From NCBI GenBank assembly GCA_051715425.1, contig JBPXJS010000042.1, positions 17,805 to 81,804 on the forward strand: a DNA stretch of 64,000 bases, given 5' to 3'. A program made the position numbers and the translations under genes. Under the pieces are notes generated by a model that searched no databases, was not told the origin of the DNA, and worked only from the letters and a program-made list of their open reading frames with translations. This DNA is from Bacteroidota bacterium (lineage in GTDB: Bacteria; Bacteroidota; Bacteroidia; UKL13-3). Shown here piece after piece: positions 60,590-64,000 of this stretch (positions are counted from its first letter, which is position 1; every line of letters begins with the position of its first letter).

Positions 60590-60795
60590 TGGTTCCTTCA
60601 TTCAATTTATTGAACAAAGGGATTAAAAGGGAATCAGGTGTAACTCCTGAACAGTTCCCGCTGCTGTAAGCTTCATTCGGGTTAAACCGAAAACTTCAGC
60701 TCCATTCTTTGTCACTGTACAACCATTGGTGTATGGGAAGACCGGAGCATAAGGAAGCAAGTCAGAAGACCTGCCATTAACAAACAATCATGTAG
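60590..60795 (+). promoter_or_regulatory. Cobalamin (B12) riboswitch
   Basis: Conserved core aagggaatcaggtgtaactcctgaacagttcccgctgctgtaagc (AGGGAA..GGTG.AA.TCC...CCCGC..CTGTAA), a B12-box-like gtcactg, and gggaagaccgg. It lies immediately upstream of the TonB-dependent receptor gene. Confidence 0.75.
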
Positions 60796-60888
60796 CTTTC
60801 GGGACAAAAAGCAAGATGATAAAATGCTGACCCTGTTTTTAGTCAACTTTTATCGCCAATCTTTCCCATAGCTATAACTTTTTTTCGT

Positions 60889-62781
60889 ATGCAAAGAGTT
60901 ATAAGTTATGTATGTTTATTGTTTGTATTTGTGTCTGCCAGGGCACAGGTATCCGATACTGCTGTTTGGATAAAGGAAGTAAACATAAAATCAAGCAGGT
61001 TTGATGTTTTTAATGCCGGTGTAAAAGTTACCGGGGTCGATTCCATCACACGTCTCACTTCCATACATGCAAATATTTCTGATTTGCTCTCCCTGTCAAC
61101 TCCGGTTTTTATAAAAACGTATGGCCCCGGCAATATTGCCACTCCTTCATTTCGTGGCACAAATAGCGAACACACGGCTGTTTTGTGGAAAGGGTTTAAT
61201 CTTCAAAACAGCATGATGGGTCTTGCCGATTTTTCTTTAATGCCCGTTGATTTTTTTGATCAGATAAAAGTGGAGCATGGGGGCAACGGTGCATTGTTTG
61301 GCAGCGGGGCTATTGGAGGTGCTGTAAGGTTAAATTCACTTCCGCAATATAACTCTGGCTGGCATGCCGGAGTTATGTTTACAGCAGCCAGTTTTGAAAA
61401 CTTCAGGGAAGCTTTTTTTCTTTCATACGGAGGTAAAGTATGGTACAATTCCTTTAAGGTGTATAAAAATGATGGGTTAAATAATTTCCCGTTTAAAAAT
61501 ACCTCATTACCCGATTATCCGCAACAACAGCAACAACATGCTAAAGTAAATATGCTTGGGTTGATGCATGAAAGTTACCTCCGGTTAAACAGGTATAATG
61601 AGGTGAATATGGCTGTATGGTATCAGGATGGTAAAAGGGATTTGCCTCCTACCATGTCTGCATCAGGTAGTATTGCAAAACAAACCGACAGGGCGTTGCG
61701 TTTTACCGGAGAATGGAAAAGGGGAAAGGGAATTTTTTCTACCTCATTGCGAAGCGGCTGGTTTGATGAGTTGCTGATTTATGAAGATGCTGTTACATCC
61801 ATTTATTCAGAAAGCAATATACATACCGCAATAGCAGAATTTGAGGTTACCATTAAAGCAGGCCAGCAACATAAATTGCTGGCAGGTTTTGGTAATACAT
61901 GGTCTCAGGGGTATCATGAATCTTACAACGGATGGAAAAGCTTAAACAGGTTTGCCCTGTTTACCTCATGGAAATACCAGAATAAAAAAAACAACCTGTT
62001 CACAACAGTAAGCCTCAGGCAGGAGTTCCCGGATAAACGCTCCGCACCGCTTATTCCATTTGCCGGTGCTGAATACAAGGTAAATAGTTGGTTTCGGTTA
62101 ACAGGAAATATTTCAGCAGCCTATCGTTTCCCTACCCTTAATGAAAGGTATTTTTCTCCTGGTGGAAATCCGGAGTTAAATCCGGAGTATGGCTGGGGTG
62201 AAGAGCTTTCAATGGTTTTTGCAAAAGGATTGAACGGGCATCATGTGTCGGTTCAACTTACGGGCTACAATCGCATTACAGATAACTGGATTGTGTGGGT
62301 GTCTGCCGGTTCTTACCCCTCCCCGCGAAACCTGAGAAAGGTACAATCTTCAGGGATGGAATCTTTGATAAGATACACAGCAACTGTCGGGCAACTATCC
62401 TTTCTTCTTCAATCAACAGCGACATTGTTGGAAACCACCAATCTTCGTTCCGCGTTAAGCAATGATGAATCCGTGGGAAAACAATTGATTTATATTCCGC
62501 GGCTTTCTCATCAGCACCTGTTCAGGATAAATCATAAAAGTTGGTTTGTTCAATATCAACAACAATACAACGGACTGCGGTTTACTTCAACGGATAATTC
62601 TTCCTGGTTAAATGATTACACCATTGGCAATTTGGGAGCAGGTTTTGGCTTTACGAGAAAGAAAATAAAATACGCCATCACTCTTCAGTGTTTTAATCTC
62701 TGGAATCAGACCTATGTGGTGCTGCCGGAGCGTCCAATGCCTGGAAGAAATTACACGCTTACACTATCAATTAAAATATAA
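60889..62781 (+). CDS. btuB: TonB-dependent outer-membrane receptor (BtuB-like cobalamin transporter)
   Basis: Signal peptide and a plug domain with a TonB-box-like N-terminus. The 22-strand barrel ends in an aromatic terminus (LTLSIKI). The gene sits under cobalamin riboswitch control. Confidence 0.7.
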   Translation: MQRVISYVCLLFVFVSARAQVSDTAVWIKEVNIKSSRFDVFNAGVKVTGVDSITRLTSIHANISDLLSLSTPVFIKTYGPGNIATPSFRGTNSEHTAVLWKGFNLQNSMMGLADFSLMPVDFFDQIKVEHGGNGALFGSGAIGGAVRLNSLPQYNSGWHAGVMFTAASFENFREAFFLSYGGKVWYNSFKVYKNDGLNNFPFKNTSLPDYPQQQQQHAKVNMLGLMHESYLRLNRYNEVNMAVWYQDGKRDLPPTMSASGSIAKQTDRALRFTGEWKRGKGIFSTSLRSGWFDELLIYEDAVTSIYSESNIHTAIAEFEVTIKAGQQHKLLAGFGNTWSQGYHESYNGWKSLNRFALFTSWKYQNKKNNLFTTVSLRQEFPDKRSAPLIPFAGAEYKVNSWFRLTGNISAAYRFPTLNERYFSPGGNPELNPEYGWGEELSMVFAKGLNGHHVSVQLTGYNRITDNWIVWVSAGSYPSPRNLRKVQSSGMESLIRYTATVGQLSFLLQSTATLLETTNLRSALSNDESVGKQLIYIPRLSHQHLFRINHKSWFVQYQQQYNGLRFTSTDNSSWLNDYTIGNLGAGFGFTRKKIKYAITLQCFNLWNQTYVVLPERPMPGRNYTLTLSIKI

Positions 62782-62785
62782 AATA

Positions 62786-64000
62786 ATGAAAAAACTATTT
62801 ACTCTTTTTGTACTCTGCCTCGCACTGCAATCAACCAATGCGCAACGGGTATCCCATTTTGAAAATATTTCTCTGAGCTCCGGATCTTATAAGAACGGAT
62901 CAGGGAAACCGGTAACCGGTAAGTTTTTAAGTGGCAATATTGAATTGCCAAATACTTACCAAAGTCAGTTTGGTTTCTGGAGTGCTGGCTGGGCTTACTC
63001 AAATATTAAAAACGACACCACAGCAGGGTTCAATAATTTATACGCATCGTACGCTGCAGAAGGAAATAACGCATCATCCAATTATGCAATCGGGCAGGGT
63101 GGGAGTATACTCCGTGTAAACAACGCAGGTTCCGGAGATACCGTTATGGGAGTTTATTTAACCAATGGTACTTACCCTGCTTTAAGTATGAAAAACGGAG
63201 ATGCATTTGCCAAAAAATTTGGAGGTACCAGCGGAAACGATTCTGATTATTTTCTTGTTACCATTAAAGCATGGCATAATGGTTTGTTAAAGAATGACAG
63301 TGTTAATTTTTATCTGGCCGATTTTCGGTTTGCAAACAATGCTCAGGATTATATTCAAAAAAGCTGGGCCTGGGTTAATTTATATCCACTTGGTAAGGTT
63401 GATTCACTACAGTTTTTATTGCGTTCTTCCGACAACGGACAGTTTGGGATGAATACACCTTCCTTCTTTTGTTTAGATGATCTGATCACAAAGTCTGATA
63501 CTGCCGATTTTGAAAATCTCAATCTGGGTACAGGTAAATTCTGGAACAAAAGCAATGCTACCTTAATCGAAATGTATCAAAGCGGGTTGGCTACATTTCC
63601 ATCATCATTTGCGGTGTCTTCCTTTGGCGATTATTGGAACGGTGGTTTTGCCATAAGCAGTGTTATGGATACAGTTAGTGCAGGTTATGGAAACTTGTAT
63701 GCAGCTTACTCCGGAATAGGGGTGGATTCCTCATCGAATTATGCTGTGGTGCAACAACGCTCCAAAGTAATGGTTGGATCTGCATTGCCGGAAAAACCTG
63801 TGTTGGCAGGTGTTTATGTAACCAATACCACCTATGCAGCTTTAAGTATGAAAAACGGAGATGCATTTGCAAAAAAGTTTGGAGGTGCAACCGGCAATGA
63901 TTCAGATTATTTTATTCTTACAGCCAAAGCTTACCTGAATGGAACGGTTAAATCAGATTCGGTTAATTTTTATCTGGCTGATTACAGGTTTGCCGATAAC
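62786..64000 (+). CDS. Partial CDS (runs off window end): secreted protein with at least two tandem ~220-aa repeats, DUF4465-like B12-locus accessory protein
   Basis: My translation from the ATG at 62786 gives MKKLFTLFVLCLALQSTNAQ... with no stop before 64000. The two repeats share GVYLTN.TY.ALSMKNGDAFAKKFGG..GNDSDYF ... DSVNFYLAD.RFA.N and a 30-nt stretch that looks identical (around 63182-63211 and 63841-63870). Confidence 0.5.
   Translation, partial: MKKLFTLFVLCLALQSTNAQRVSHFENISLSSGSYKNGSGKPVTGKFLSGNIELPNTYQSQFGFWSAGWAYSNIKNDTTAGFNNLYASYAAEGNNASSNYAIGQGGSILRVNNAGSGDTVMGVYLTNGTYPALSMKNGDAFAKKFGGTSGNDSDYFLVTIKAWHNGLLKNDSVNFYLADFRFANNAQDYIQKSWAWVNLYPLGKVDSLQFLLRSSDNGQFGMNTPSFFCLDDLITKSDTADFENLNLGTGKFWNKSNATLIEMYQSGLATFPSSFAVSSFGDYWNGGFAISSVMDTVSAGYGNLYAAYSGIGVDSSSNYAVVQQRSKVMVGSALPEKPVLAGVYVTNTTYAALSMKNGDAFAKKFGGATGNDSDYFILTAKAYLNGTVKSDSVNFYLADYRFADN

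Noticed and set aside
1-64000. tRNA/rRNA genes, CRISPR arrays, IS elements, integrases
   Set aside because: Intergenic regions were scanned for a T-loop GGTTCGA-like motif and cloverleaf context, for direct-repeat/spacer periodicity, and for transposase or integrase motifs. None were found. The sequence ggttcga at 23700 is inside a CDS with no tRNA structure around it.

Overview
This 64 kb window is a chromosomal segment with strong Bacteroidota character, possibly Chitinophagaceae/Sphingobacteriia-like. The evidence is a fused ccoNO cbb3 oxidase, several proteins with type IX secretion (T9SS) C-terminal sorting domains, weak or absent Shine-Dalgarno sites, and a TAnnTTTG -7 box. About 60 protein-coding genes are called, densely packed on both strands. 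No rRNA or tRNA genes, CRISPR arrays, transposases or integrases were found. Landmarks: (i) an apparently complete cbb3 cytochrome oxidase locus on the minus strand (ccoI-ccoS-ccoNO-ccoQ-ccoP-ccoG-fixH plus a DsbD_2/TauE-like gene), with a small ccoQ-like ORF the ORF track missed; (ii) a 6.7 kb gene for a 2238-aa secreted beta-helix protein with internal duplication and a T9SS C-terminal domain, preceded by 705 bp of non-coding DNA; (iii) KDO pathway genes kdsA and kdsD/kpsF flanking a secreted M28 peptidase; (iv) a cobalamin riboswitch leading into a btuB-like TonB-dependent receptor and a partial gene for a tandem-repeat, DUF4465-like protein; (v) cdd-ade nucleobase salvage. The most unusual loci are two clearly paralogous polytopic membrane proteins bracketing a saccharopine-dehydrogenase-family enzyme (49922-54202), a cytoplasmic vWA protein translationally coupled to two secreted thioredoxin-fold proteins (34720-36906), and a cysteine-rich small secreted protein cassette (32201-32849). 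All calls rest on reading the translated ORFs and the nucleotide sequence. No database searches were run, so family assignments are motif-based inferences.
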